From the human T2T-CHM13v2.0 reference genome, Homo sapiens, in NCBI RefSeq assembly GCF_009914755.1, contig NC_060936.1: a stretch of DNA of 64,000 nt; one strand, written 5' to 3'. Shown piece by piece: positions 1 to 14,270 of this stretch (the stretch's first letter is position 1; each line of letters opens with the position of its first letter). The translations under genes and the position numbers were made by a program. A model generated the notes under the pieces. That model was not told where the DNA came from. It ran no database searches and saw nothing but the letters and a program-made list of their open reading frames with translations.

Positions 1-1496
1 GCATTATCAGTTTATGGGGAAACAGTGAATGTGCCACTGCAATATTCACTATATCTGTCAAAATGTACTTTCTGATTAGAAAACACTCTTGATTCTAAAG
101 TCTTTATAAATTATTTCATGAATCAACCCAAATATTTTTATTTAACTGGTACAAATCATGCATAAAAATAGAGGGTATGTTGTGCGTCTTCAGAGATTTA
201 ACTCAACTTCTTTGATCATTTGCATAAAAGGTACATCTTTACCAGTTGGCATTGATTGATCCTCTATAGACTGGAGTTAAAATCTAATTTTGCCATAACA
301 AATTATGAGGTGGAAATACTAGAGAAACGGATGGCTTGTAACATCAGTAGACATTTCTGGTCCCATTTCCATGTGAATATAAAGCAAGGATGACTTCTAA
401 GTCCTTTTTACAGTGATTTGAAGTTTACCTTCACCATGTTCCTTTCTTTCATCGATCAATCTATTTCCTTATTAATGCTAAGTTAGATCACTCATGTAGG
501 GAATTTGATGAGAAATACACCAGAGAACTTAAGGTAAATAAGAGTCTCTTGTGACTTAAACTAAAAGACATAAAAGAGTGAGTCTGCCAAAAATATGCAC
601 TGCTACATTAACAAAAATTTTAAAAAGGCTTCCAAGACAAGACTGAGCTGTCACAAGTAGGAATACATTTTTTTAAAAAGCATGTCTCAGACAGGGGGAA
701 TGGGAACTTAACCAATGGAATTAAGTCTTACATATTGAGGAAGATAGCTGTAAGTCAGCTTCTGAAGAATTCTTTTTAAGAGCTGTTTGCTTTTAGTAGA
801 GCAAAAACTATACGGCTAAAATACATTCCAAGTTTTCTTTTACTCCAGACTTTCTTAGATGGAGATAGAATCTTTTTTAACTAACATGGCCAGAAACATT
901 CTTGCTCCTGTGACAGCTGTTGGTCTTGTTCTCATAGGAACCAATTAGCGGTGGGCTTTAGACAAATATTTCAGTGAAATGCTTAATGTGACTCAGCTTC
1001 TAAAAGATAAATCTGTGAATACAAAGTCTGCAGGACTAGAGGTCAACCCTGGCTCCCAGCCAGTTCAACAAGGTGCTGTGTCTCTGTGACACTTCTTTGC
1101 AGGCAGCCAGTCAGCTTTCCCTGGGGTCCACAGTTTCACTACATACTCTCCATTTAAACTTCTTCAGCAAGTAATAAAAATCCTTAGAACACTTCAGAGG
1201 ATTGTTTTTCCCTTCGTTCAGAGACAATAGGTTAGGCAAGAGGTCAGCGAGGGGTAGAGTGGCCCACAATAGATGAAGCCAGGTGGAAGAACAGACTTTA
1301 GTAGACTTTAGAAACGAATGGGGAGGGACTGTCAGTAGATGGGGGATATGTGAGAAATTGGGGTCCAGAAGAGAAAGAAACAGCCTACACAAAGAGCAGA
1401 TATATTTGCTCTTTTAATATTGACCAGAATTTCACAAGAGAGAATGTATTTCCGGTCCTTTTGTAATAACAGTTGATTTCACAATTATTTTGCAAG

Positions 1497-1640
1497 GCAG
1501 GCATTTTTTCTTATTTTTACAGATGAACAAACAAGTTCAGAGAGGTGAAGTAACTAGCCAACATCACATGAGTTAGTAACTGATTAGTGATGGGGTCAAG
1601 TTTTACACCCAAACCCAGTATATTTACACATATGCTACTC
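1497..1640. mobile_element. MIR SINE fragment
   Basis: Core ttttacagatgaacaaacaagttcagagaggtgaagtaact resembles the MIR consensus. Boundaries are approximate. Confidence 0.7.
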
Positions 1641-1694
1641 TTTCTTGCATATGTTTTACCCACCAATAATTTTGTTTTACCGTTGTGGCTAATA

Positions 1695-2720
1695 TTATTT
1701 ATTCATATATTTATAAAAGATTTGTTGACTGAAACTTATATTCTGATACAAGACTGGACACTGGGGATACAATGGTGAGTTCAAACATGGAGAATAGCGT
1801 CTAGTCTGGGAGTTAAACATTAATCAATTAATTACATTAATCTCATATCACAAGAGTATGAAGTTCTGAAAACATAGGTCCAGGGAATACTAAGTATGAA
1901 GTGCTTATAATTGGAGACTTTGCCTGATGAGCGAAATTAGGGAGGAATTTTTTAAAAATAGTCACTTGAGCTAAGACTTGGAGGGAAGGAATCAACTGGA
2001 TGAAGTTGGGAGGAAAATAATCAAGTGTAAAGACCCTGTTTTGGCAGGAAGCTGTGGAAAGTGGGTAGAAGACTCTGGTGGCCACAGTAGAGAGAGGAGA
2101 GAGGAGTCTTGTGTGAGATGATGCTGGAGACCATCATCCCATAGGTTGCGTGGGACCCAACCATGCAAGACCTTGTAAGTTCCGTAAAGTTTTCACCAGA
2201 GGGCTCCATGAATCAGGACCAGGTTTGTTAATAAAATATTATGACTTTAGTTCTATAAATGATGGGTTTGAAGTATTTTTGTGACAGCCAAGAAGAAATG
2301 TCAATTAGACAGTCTTTATATACATTGGGAATTCAGAGTAAAGTGCTGGGTTAGAGTTAGAATTTTAGAATTCAGGCATAAATAAATAATAACCAATACA
2401 ATGAATATGATTGAGATCATTTAGAGAGACTATAGACAAAAACTGGAAGAAGAATAGAATATTCCTTTGCTGAACTCCCGCTTCTGCTCTCTGTATCCCC
2501 ACTTCTTTTTCTACTACCCAGAACCACAACATTTAATGATTATGTAGAGGAAAACAATAGAATAAAGTAGAATCCAGAGAAAATGGGAAACACACTGGAG
2601 AATTTTTGCCATAAAAGCCAAGGTAGTACAGTTTGATAAAGGAAGGAATGGGCTGCTGTTCTAAATGCTGCCGAGATACCAAATGATTGGAAGACTAAAA
2701 TATCTTTTAAATTTAGCTAC
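1695..2720. mobile_element. Degenerate L2 LINE fragments
   Basis: L2 3'-end-like purine-rich text (gtcacttgagctaagacttgga; atgatgctggaga...gaccttgtaag). Boundaries are approximate. Confidence 0.55.
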
Positions 2721-4117
2721 TTTGAGGTCTTTTTTTCTGGCCTTAATGGTATATATCCTATCATTTAAATAGTACATTTTCTTTCTAAATTTGTTTATGC
2801 TCTTTATATTCAGTTTTAAGCTAGAATAAAATAGGAACAGTCTGTCAGAAATTATTGGAGTCCAAGGCACAACTTTGTATAGGAAAGTTTCTTTCTTGTA
2901 TAGTTCTTTCTTTCATATATTAATTCACATATATAACACATATATCAATACAGACAACATGTAGTTTTCCATACTTTATTAAAACCTAAGTGAACTTTTA
3001 AGTTTCTAGGACTGTCAGTTAAATATTGACTATTTCTAATATCAATGATTACTTTTTTTCTCTTGAAACTCAAATTTAGATTAAAAGCAAAATGTTAATT
3101 AAGCATTGATTCAAAAATATAATACATTTTTATTCATATATGAACATTATTTGTAAATATTCTTAAAGTAGTAAATATTGAAAGATCACTTGTCATGGCC
3201 CAGACCTACTACCAGAAAAAAAAAGGGTAGAAGTAAGGCAAATGAGATGTCTCTAAAGAACACAGTCCAGTGTGCAATCCTATATTACCTCGCCTCCTTC
3301 TGTGTCTTAGTAGTTCATGCCGTGAACATTTAAAATGTGTGTTAGTTTGTGTCAAATATACGTCGATTTTGAAGCTGCATCAAATAGAAAGCATATCTTA
3401 AAATATTTACCCATGCATAAAGGGAAGAAACATGCATGAAGTATGATTAGAATATCAAAAGTATTCAGGACCTTTGTTGAGTGCTTTTCTTTTAATTAGA
3501 CACACTCTTTACAAGTTAACCACACACACAAATACATACCCATGTACATACATAGACAAATGTGAAACAGATGATATGAAAGGTAATTGTAAGAATGAGA
3601 ATTTGTTTCTGGTTGACTTTAATTGCTCTGAAATCTTTGGTAATTAAGTCGTCATAATGATGTATAAAGTCTAGAACAAAATTATTTTTTATTTTTACAC
3701 ATATTTTAAAATATATTTTATAGAATTTTTGTTTTAAAAAAGAATTTTAGGTGTGATTTTAATACTTTCACTATTCTCACAAAAAATGTAATTTGGCCAT
3801 ATTTCCTCTAAAATAGCAAAAGAAGTTGGATCTTTTAAAATATTTTGCTCCCAAATTATAATCAACTATTGGTAGTTATAAGCTTCCAAATTTAGACAAG
3901 CCTAAGAAATCTAATTCCACATCTCACTCCCACTTAGGTTGTGTATGAAAAATAACACAGTTCTCCTATACATAGACAGCTCTGGAACATTCCAGTCATA
4001 AAGAAATACTTACCTTGATGGAAAATTTGTAATTAATATTTCTTGTAGAACTTCCACTTTGATGAGTGACTAGTGACTATAACTGCTATTTCTTTCTATT
4101 TTCATGGTTAATTTCAG

Positions 4118-4233
4118 GGCACATTCAGAAAATGAAGGTACCGCTTTACCATCGGCTGACTCCTGTACCAGTCCTACAAAGATGGACTTATCATATAGTA
4201 AGACTGCTAAGCAGTGCCTGGAGGAGATATCTG
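4118..4233 (+). CDS. NAV3: NAV3 internal coding exon (116 nt, probably exon 9): (R)AHSENEGTALPSADSCTSPTKMDLSYSKTAKQCLEEIS(G)
   Basis: Acceptor atttcag|G at 4117/4118 and donor CTG|gtaagt at 4233/4234. The frame is open (phase 2 in, phase 1 out) and matches the phase-1 exon at 32354. The ORF-track hit 4066-4257 is a different frame. Confidence 0.93.
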
Positions 4234-7066
4234 GTAAGTGACCTCATCGATGCATAGGTCAAACCTAGGAATTTCCGTATTCTCTCCATAAGACTTTTTA
4301 TTAAATCATATATGTGGTATACTGTTTTTAGTGCAAAAATGGACTATATACATCTCATGCTTCAAAGATCATTAACTATTTGGCTATTCTGCTTAGGATG
4401 ATCTCTTTGTTACTATAAAAGGAATGGTAGTCCTTTCAGAAGTGAAGACTTTAAGTCATTTTGCCCTCAGTCAAGTAGTTGAATAAAATCAGAGAAAACC
4501 TGGATAATACATTTGGAGATTGAAAATAAACTAATGATTGGCCATGTATATTCTCCATGGCTAATGCAGCCTGCTCTGTCATCAATTCTGTACGATTTAA
4601 AACATCTCTACAGGGTGGCTTCAAATGACCATTCTAAAAAACTCTGAAAAGGAAAATATTTTATTATATATAGATGATGTAAGAAAAAAAATACATATCC
4701 CAGACACAGTTATCATGTTTTTGGTGTGTATCAAATGGGATGCTCAGCTTGAGCACAATGTTTTCTCTAGGGTCCAGGTAAGCCTAAGCATATATGGAAG
4801 GCATTTAGTTTAATTTCATTACATATAGATCTATATTCGTGAGGAATCAAGTAACCTCCTAGCAAAATATATTGCCCCTAAAGGGTGAGAGAGTACAGAG
4901 TACTTTATCTGCTCCTAAGTATAATAATGCATGAAAGTAGGGGTGTGTCTGTTGTTCCAGGAAATCTCTGGTCCAAGCCTGTGTATTCACAGCTAAGTTC
5001 AAATGAAGAAAACTAAATAAATTATTTAATTTTAAAAAATTACTGTGTACTCCAAAGACTCAAAGTATAAGTATTGCTATGAAGCTCAAGCGACTCTATC
5101 ACAAATTTGGGGGTTAAGAAACTTCCCCACTTCGGCAGACCTGAAAAATATTTGGCAAGCATTAGACATGACTACAGCATCCTGCAGTGGATACTGACAA
5201 CAATTACAGAACAACATCCCAAGGGTACATTTTGGAATCAGCATTAGTTGATAACATTAGGCGTCAGAGGTTTCATATGGAGATTACAACAAAGGCCAGT
5301 TCTAGGTAGGGGTAGAAATGGTAATGCCAAGACACAGATATAGGGCTAATAATTGTAGATTTTTCAAATACATGGGGGATGTGTTGACTTTCCATTAACT
5401 CTGGGTAGTACCACGGTCAAAATAATGCTATGTGTCTATTATGACCAGATGTTTTATAAAATTAGCATGGCATGAAGATGTGTATGCCTCATATATTTAT
5501 ACATAAATGTCCTCAAATTGCATGTTTTAGCACTAGAGCTCAAATCTTTAGGATAAATGAATTTAGTAGAGTTTGAATTGCAATTTTTTTGTGAATTTCA
5601 CAAAGGAACACTGTTTTCAGAAACTAATATATCACGGTATATCTGATTGAATAGTCTGTATTTGATGTTTTTCTCCACTTCCTTATTGTCTACCCTTTGA
5701 TCACTTTTTCATTTTTCCAGTTGATATTTCCTTTTAACATTCTGATTTTTAATAGAATACCTGAAAGTGAATATAAACTGGCAATTAATGTAATAATTTA
5801 ATGGGTTTATCAGAGAGCATAATATCATTTTGCAGCAATAATCAATTATTTACATAAAATCATAGTTTTCAGTCTAGGATTTTGATAAGAATTCAGTAAA
5901 AGAAAGAAAACAGAAAATAAATGGTACAGTGAGACTTGTCTAATTATGTCAATCTCACTATCATCTGTTTAAATGCAGCCTATAGTGGGATAGTGAAAAT
6001 GTCTCTCGTTGCTTGAGATTTCCTGGAAGAATTGTGATATTATTTGCAGTTAGTAAGTTATAAATTGAGTACTATAATTGAAGAAATTTAGATGAGGAAA
6101 TATGAGCAGGCCAGTGATAAGATGACTATCACAGAGAAATTAGATTACATATCTTCATCATTTTAAGATTTTGGTTTATGGGTCACTATTACTCTCTTAC
6201 CATTTCTGCCTTAATTTTTAGTGATTTTAGTATCTACACGGGTGTTCTTTCTAACACCTTGGCCTCTCCTCCCATAATTTTGTGTTGCAGTCCCTCCTGA
6301 GCTTCTTATTCTCATCATCATACCCTAGATCTAGGCACCATCAGAAACTACTACTTCTCTATGACCTCACTTTCATGCACTGCACTCTCACTGATTATAT
6401 ACTCCTATCATTTCAGTATTCTTCCTTTTGTTCCCTAACTCCAGCAATGATTCCACTAGGATTTCCAATTCATTGATCCTACCACTTTTTACCGTTCTTC
6501 ACCAACCTCCGCATATTTTTCTTCTCTCCTTAGCTGAATTCCTGTAATGAGTGAATGTATTTTTATTTTTATATATCCTAACTCCATTGCCTCTCTCTCA
6601 CTTAATTGTACTCATTTGATGAAATCATGACCTGGTTACATTTAAATCTCCACCTATTCTATACCAACAATGAATGAACCAGGAGAAAACACACCGCATG
6701 TCAATGCAACTCACTTTACATATATGACCTCCAACCTCAAGTGACTATGTAATGCTCCTGGCAGTCAGTCTATTTTTTATACCTTTTTTTCTCAAATGTC
6801 CGACATCACCAGTCCCATCCTTTCTCTTAACTGACAACCTGGATATGTACTTCACTTAAAAAAGTGAAGCACAAAGAAAAGTTCATGAACCACTGTCATC
6901 ACATCTACCCAAGTAAAACATATATACCCACTTAATACCTATTTACTCTGCTTTTACTTAGATTACTCTCTCTTCTCTTTAATAGCTCCCTCCCAACCAA
7001 ATCACTTATTTTAGGCCATAGCATACTATCATTTCTCCAACCTTAATTTAAAAAACACAACTTCCT

Positions 7067-7398
<332 letters not shown>

Positions 7399-7623
7399 TC
7401 AAGTACTGTTGTGATTTATCTCCTTCTCTTATGGCATGCTGTAAAAAGAGTACGGTTCAATCACAGTCTCTTAGGCTTTTAGCCCCACTTCTCCACTGGA
7501 ACTGCTCTTATTGAAGTCACCACTAATGTCAACATGGCCAAATCCAAGGATCAAGTCTCAGGGCTTATCTTATTTCACCTCACAGCAGCTATTTGTCCTC
7601 TTCTAAGAAGGTTTCTTCCTTGG

Positions 7624-8356
<733 letters not shown>

Positions 8357-9514
8357 CTTGATTTTCAGAGTCATGTATCCCCTCTGTTTTCCTCAAACCT
8401 TACTGTTCCTTTTTGGTTTCCTTTTCTAGTTATACTTTTTTTCTTGATGATTTCTTATGATTTAAATGATCCAGGTCTCTGCTTCTAGGTTTCTCTACCT
8501 ATAAATGTGATTTAATATCGATATTATCTCATGGCTTTAAATTTCATCTATATTCTGATGGCTTACAAATGTCTCTCTCTGCACTAGTTCTCTCCCCGGA
8601 ACTCTGGACTCAAATATCCAACTGCCAACACAATCTTTCCGCTTGAATATCTCACAGACACTTCAAACATAATATATCCCAAACTGAACCTCTGATATTA
8701 ACCTAGCAAATTGTACCCCTCGAAAACTCTTTACCCAAGTCTTCTCCATTTTGATTAATAAGAATTTCATCCTTCCAGTTGCCCAAGCCTGAAACCTTAG
8801 AGTTATTCATGGCTCCTTTTTAATGCCTCACACCTGATGTCCTGATATTCTATTCATTATAGTATATTTTTGGCTCCAGAAGTATTGTTTTCTATTTGTA
8901 CTCAGAAACAAATGGTGTATATGAATCAACTTTTTAGGATATTTCTCAGTACTTGAACTCTTGTTATTTTCTCAGAAATTCAGAAACTGAAAAAATTTAG
9001 ATGACACAATATTGAACTAACTATAAGAAATAAGGTACTAAGATACCCTAGAATAATTGCATTTTAAAATATATCCAGAATTTGCCAGTTCTTCTTTTTT
9101 CTACTTTTATCTATTAAGTGGCATCACCAATGGATGGTTAGTATATAGATAGCATTCAATAAACGCATGTAAAATGAAATTAATATAATGGATGTAGCAT
9201 TAAAATGAGAACTACGCTAAAAAAGGAACCTAATAATTTTCAGAGGAAAACAGTAAACAGAAAAGATAGGACTTATATCTTTGGCTTTGGAAGGCACTCA
9301 GGAAATAATCACAGTGAACTTATGACCAATTATACTCAACTGAAGGGGTTGATATAAATGGAAAATAAAAATTTACTTTTGATTATGCCATCACTGAATA
9401 ATCAAAGAATATGAGGAAGAAAATGTTTAGTTATTCTACAGAAGTAATGTTAGAGTTCAGAAGCTCTCCCCGTTGAGCTGGGATTTTAAGACAGCACATT
9501 AGAAAATGGAAGAA

Positions 9515-9813
9515 AGCCAAGAATGGTGGCTCATACCTGGAATAGCAGCACTTTAGGAGACCAAGGCAGGACGACTGCCTGAAGCCAGGAGTTCAAGACC
9601 AGCCTGGACAACATAGTGAGACCCTGTCTCTAAAAAAAAAAAAAATTCAAATTGTTCAGGCATGGTGCTGTGTAGCACATGTGTAGTCCAATCTACTCAG
9701 GAGGCTGAAGAGAGAAGACTGCTTAAGCTCAGAAGTTCAAAGCTGCAGGAGTCATGATCATGCCACTGCACTCAAGCCTGGGTGACAGAGCAAGACCTTG
9801 TCTCCAAAAAAAA
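9515..9813 (+). mobile_element. AluJ (old, diverged)
   Basis: J-type text aacatagtgagaccctgtctct and gcaagaccttgtctc. Confidence 0.85.
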
Positions 9814-9851
9814 AGGGTGGGGGGCCGGGGGAGAAGAATAAATTTGTAACA

Positions 9852-10308
9852 CAGGTTGAACATCCATAATTTAAAAATCCAAAATTCAGAAGGTCCCAAA
9901 GTCATAAGTTTTTGTGTGGTGACATAATGCCACTAGTGGAAAATTCCAAACCTGACCTCCTGTGACAAATTGCAGTCAAAATGCAGGTGCACAACACAGT
10001 TTATTCAGCATTCTCAGGGGAAAAAATAGTCTGTCAGCCCCTTTAGCTGCTATGTATCTTTTCCATGCACACCCACAAAGGGTAATACAATGGCATGTGT
10101 GCAGAATGGACATGCCAATGGCAGGTTCCCCACAGTGCCCCACATTGGGTCAAGACCTATACGCATTACTCTGTGGTTTTTGTTTTGTTTTTGTTTTTGT
10201 TTGTTTGCTTATTTTTCATTGTGTGGCATAAAGATATTGTTGAAAATGTCAAAAAGGCCTGAAGATACCCCTATGGGTAACAGTGATAAGAAAAAAAGGA
10301 AGCGTTTT

Positions 10309-10340
<32 letters not shown>

Positions 10341-12553
10341 TTATAGCACAGAAAGTCAAGCTGTTGGAGAGACTAGACTGTGGTGTAAGTGGGAAACATC
10401 TTCCAGAAGAGAATGGTGTTGGAATGACCACCATATATGACCTGAAGCAACCAAAGGATAAATTGTTGAAGGTCTCCATTGAAAGTGATGAACAGAATTA
10501 ATGAAAAACAGAAAAACACTGCATAAAGCTGAAAATGAAGATCTCAATTGTGTATTGAAAGAGTGGATCCATCAGTGTCACGGTGTACACATGCCACTTA
10601 ATGGTATGCTGATGGTTAAATAAGCAAAGACCTTTCACAATGAACTGGCAATTGAAGGAAACTAAATATTCAATAGGCTGGTTGTGGAAATTTAAGAAAA
10701 TATATGACATTAAATTTTTAAAGATTTGTGGTGATAAATAGTGAAAACATACATTGACTAGTTTTCCAAGATCATTGCCGATGAAAAACTGACTCTGGAA
10801 AAAATCTTTGATGCTGAAACAACACAAGTTTTGATGCCTCAGAAAGATACTGACACAGAAGATAAGACAGCCCCTACAGGAAGTAAGGATGCTAAGGACG
10901 GAGTAACTGAGATTGGATGTACTTATACAGCAGGAACCCATAAATGAAAACTTGCTGTGATAACCAAAAGCTTGCATCCCTGCTGTTTTCAGGGAGTGAA
11001 TTTCTTACCAGTTTATTATTATGCTAACAAAAAGGCTTGGATCACCAGGGACATATTTTCTGTTGGTTTTGCAAACATTTTGCATCAGCAATTCTTGCTC
11101 ACTGCCAGGAAGCTGGACTGAATGACTGCAAGAATTTATTTGATTATATTTATTCTACTCATTGTCTAGCTGAAATTATTATCAAAAACAATGTTTATGC
11201 CATGTACTTTCCCCGAAATGTGACTTGTTAATTTAGCCCAGTGACGAGGTGATCCTTCAATCGAAAAAGAATAAATATAAAAACACTTCCTTAAATAGCA
11301 TGCCAGCAGCAGTGAACAGAGGTATATGTGTGGAAAATTTTCAAAAGGAGTTTAGCATGAAGGATGTCATATATGCTGTTGTCAAGCCTTGGAATGCAGT
11401 GACTAAAGACATGGTTGTACCTGCCTGGCACAGCCTCTGGTCTGCATCTATGTTCAATGATGATGATGAACCAGGTGGTGACTTTGAAGGATTCCATATG
11501 TCAAATGAGAAAAACAATGGTGTCTGACCCTACCTATTCCAAAAAAAAAAAAAAAAATACTTTCAGAGTCCATAAGTAGGCTAGAAAAAGTGGATATCAA
11601 AGAAATTTTTAACATTGATAATGAGGCTCCAGTTGTTCATTCATTGAACATTGATAACATAGCCAAAATGGTGCTGAATTCAGGTGACTGTGATAATAGC
11701 AATGATGAAGATAACAATGTTAACACTGCAGAAAAAGTGCCTAGAGACAACATGATAGAAATGCATGATGATCTTAGTGAAGAACTAGAGCAGTGTACAT
11801 TCATTACAGAACAATAAATTATGCCAGTTGATAAAAATCAGAGAGATTTCTAAGACAAAAACTGTTGTTAATGAAGCAGATGACTCTGGGGTAAACATTT
11901 TAAAAAGCTACACAGCAGAATGCCACCTCATCCCTAAGGGGCCCACTTCCCAGTCCCTCAACTGCTTCTGATGTTTCTTCTCACCTAAAAAAAAAATACA
12001 GTGTACAGTAACCTTTTAATCCAAATACAGCATTGAATGTAGAGATGGAAAGCTTGTGGTTGTTTGTGGTTGCTGTTGTTTCATAGCTGATACAGGTATT
12101 CTGGCAATGCTACTGTGCTGCTTAGTGACCTTGAACACATTATTTTTTCACTGCATTAATGCTATGTCATATTTTTTATTGGTAAGTACTTATGTATAAA
12201 TAATTGCAATAAAATAATTGCCTATTAGTAGCATATAAATTCAGTCAGGAATGATGGTGATGCCACAAAACCACAGATTGTACAATCCTGTTAGGTGACT
12301 GAGATAGAGACACCTTTGATTTCTGATGGTTCAATGCACATAAACTTTGTTTCATGCAAAAAATTTTTAAAAATGTATAGAATTACCTTCAGGCTATGTG
12401 TATAAGATGCATATGAAACATAGGTGAATTTTGACTTGGGTCCCATCCCCAAGATATCTCATTATGTATAGGCAAATATTCCAAAATCTGAAAAAATTCA
12501 ACATGCAAAACACTTCTGGTCCCAAGCATTTCTGATAAGGGATATTAAGCCTG
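9852..12553 (+). mobile_element. Near full-length Tigger4 (Zombi) pogo-family DNA transposon with a decayed transposase
   Basis: Ends caggttgaacatcc... and ...gggatattaagcctg are inverted repeats, flanked by CA/TA. Broken ORFs give pogo/CENP-B-like peptides (QKVKLLERLDCGVS..GVGMTTIYDLK; FSMKDVIYAVVKPWNAVTK). Confidence 0.88.
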
Positions 12554-13875
12554 TAATAGAATAACCCTATAAAAGAATGAACCTCTCAGAATTCTAAAGC
12601 TCATGAGATGTTTTCTATATTAATGATGCCTCTCTTTCTCAGAATCTCCATCCTTTATTGGCTTTCATCTTTCTGAGTTCTGGATGCTAGTGAAACCACA
12701 AAGCACTAAGCACCTGAATTTATTGCCAGGTCCTAGCTCAGACTGGCCCACAGAATACCCCTTCCAAGACTGTTTGAAATGTGGAAAGAGAAATGTTCTA
12801 GGAATTGGAAAAAATAAATTTTGGCTTCAGCACTGCAATTATTTAGCGATTATTTGGCCTCTGCACTGTGAATTGCTCCCTGGTTCCCTTTTCTGTGTGG
12901 TGAATATGATGATACTTAATAAACTCAGAAGATTGTTGTGAGGTATGGTATTATTCCTCCATCAGTCTTTTCAGTAATTATCACCTGGCATCTTACACAT
13001 GCCAGACATCTCAAAATTTGGGAAAACAAATGTGACTAAGAAGTGAGCTCTCCTTTGAAAAAGTAAGAAACAAATAGATAAAATTTAACACCACAAATAA
13101 ATGAATAAATAGGCACATGGAAACAACTAACTTAGCTGTAAAGAGTCATGCAGAACTTAAAAGAAGATCAGACATGCATATTGTAGAATTCTAATGAACA
13201 ATGAAATTGTGGAATAACATGAAAATAATGGGAAACAAATTCTTCTTAACTTACTCTTTTCATTAGTTTCTTTTTGTAAAATTGGGCATTTCTCCTAAAC
13301 TTACTGAGGTTTCGATAGTTCTCTGATTTTCTGCAACCCCAAGCTTCAACACTATTGTTATTGTTGAACTTTTATTGCTCATGGTTGCTGTAGGGGCCTC
13401 AGTGAGGAATAATTCTGCTTCCCAAGTGAAGTGGCCTTCATGATACAGAATTCTGAGGAAGTTAGTCTTGCCAGGGTAAGATGCAGGCTTTATAAATTTG
13501 TGAAGTCTATATAACATTCAGAGTCCTGAAAATAGTACAGAAAATAAAATGTATAGTGTCTAGAAAGGGGTTTAGGTGAGTTAGGAGTTCTATAGCTTAA
13601 GCTCTATTGCTGTGTATTAAGCCTACCTGGAAGTACTGGTGTCGTTTTGTGTGTCTGGTATCCATTGCCCCATCTTCTGATAACAGCACCTTGATTTTCT
13701 TTGGGGAGAATTCTCTGCTCATGTGATCTAACTGAAATTGATATAAGTGGAGCCAATGAGAACAATCTATTCATTGACTGCAGTGACTGTTTGAGGACTG
13801 GATGTGTGACCCAATCAAGTTTGATCAGAACAAATAAGACTCAATCTCAGGACTTTTCCTGAGGTTGTTATAAGA

Positions 13876-14270
13876 GAAAATGTGGCACATATACACCATG
13901 GAATACTATGCAGCCATAAAAAATGATGAGTTCATGTCCTTTGTAGGGACATGGATGAAATTGGAAATCATCATTCTCAGTAAACTATTGCAAGAACAAA
14001 AAACCAAGCACCGCATATTCTCACTCATAGGTGGGAATTGAACAATGAGATCACATGGACACAGGAAGGGGAATATCACACTCTGGCGACTGTGGTGGGG
14101 TGGGGGGAGGGGGGAGGGATAGCAATGGGAGATATACCTAATGCTAGATGACGAGTTAGTGGGTGCAGCGCACCAGCATGGCACATGTATACATATGTAA
14201 CTAACCTGCACAATGTGCACATGTACCCTAAAACTTAAAGTATAATAAAAAAATAATAATAATAAAAAAA
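13876..14270 (+). mobile_element. 5'-truncated young L1 (L1PA2-like 3' end with poly(A))
   Basis: ORF2 C-terminus and 3' UTR with gctagatgacGAGttagtggg (not the L1HS ACA/ACG). A-tail with short flanking repeat aagagaa. Confidence 0.9.

Noticed and set aside
4066-4257. 63-aa ORF over the first exon
   Set aside because: Wrong frame. The splice-defined NAV3 frame is AHSENEG...
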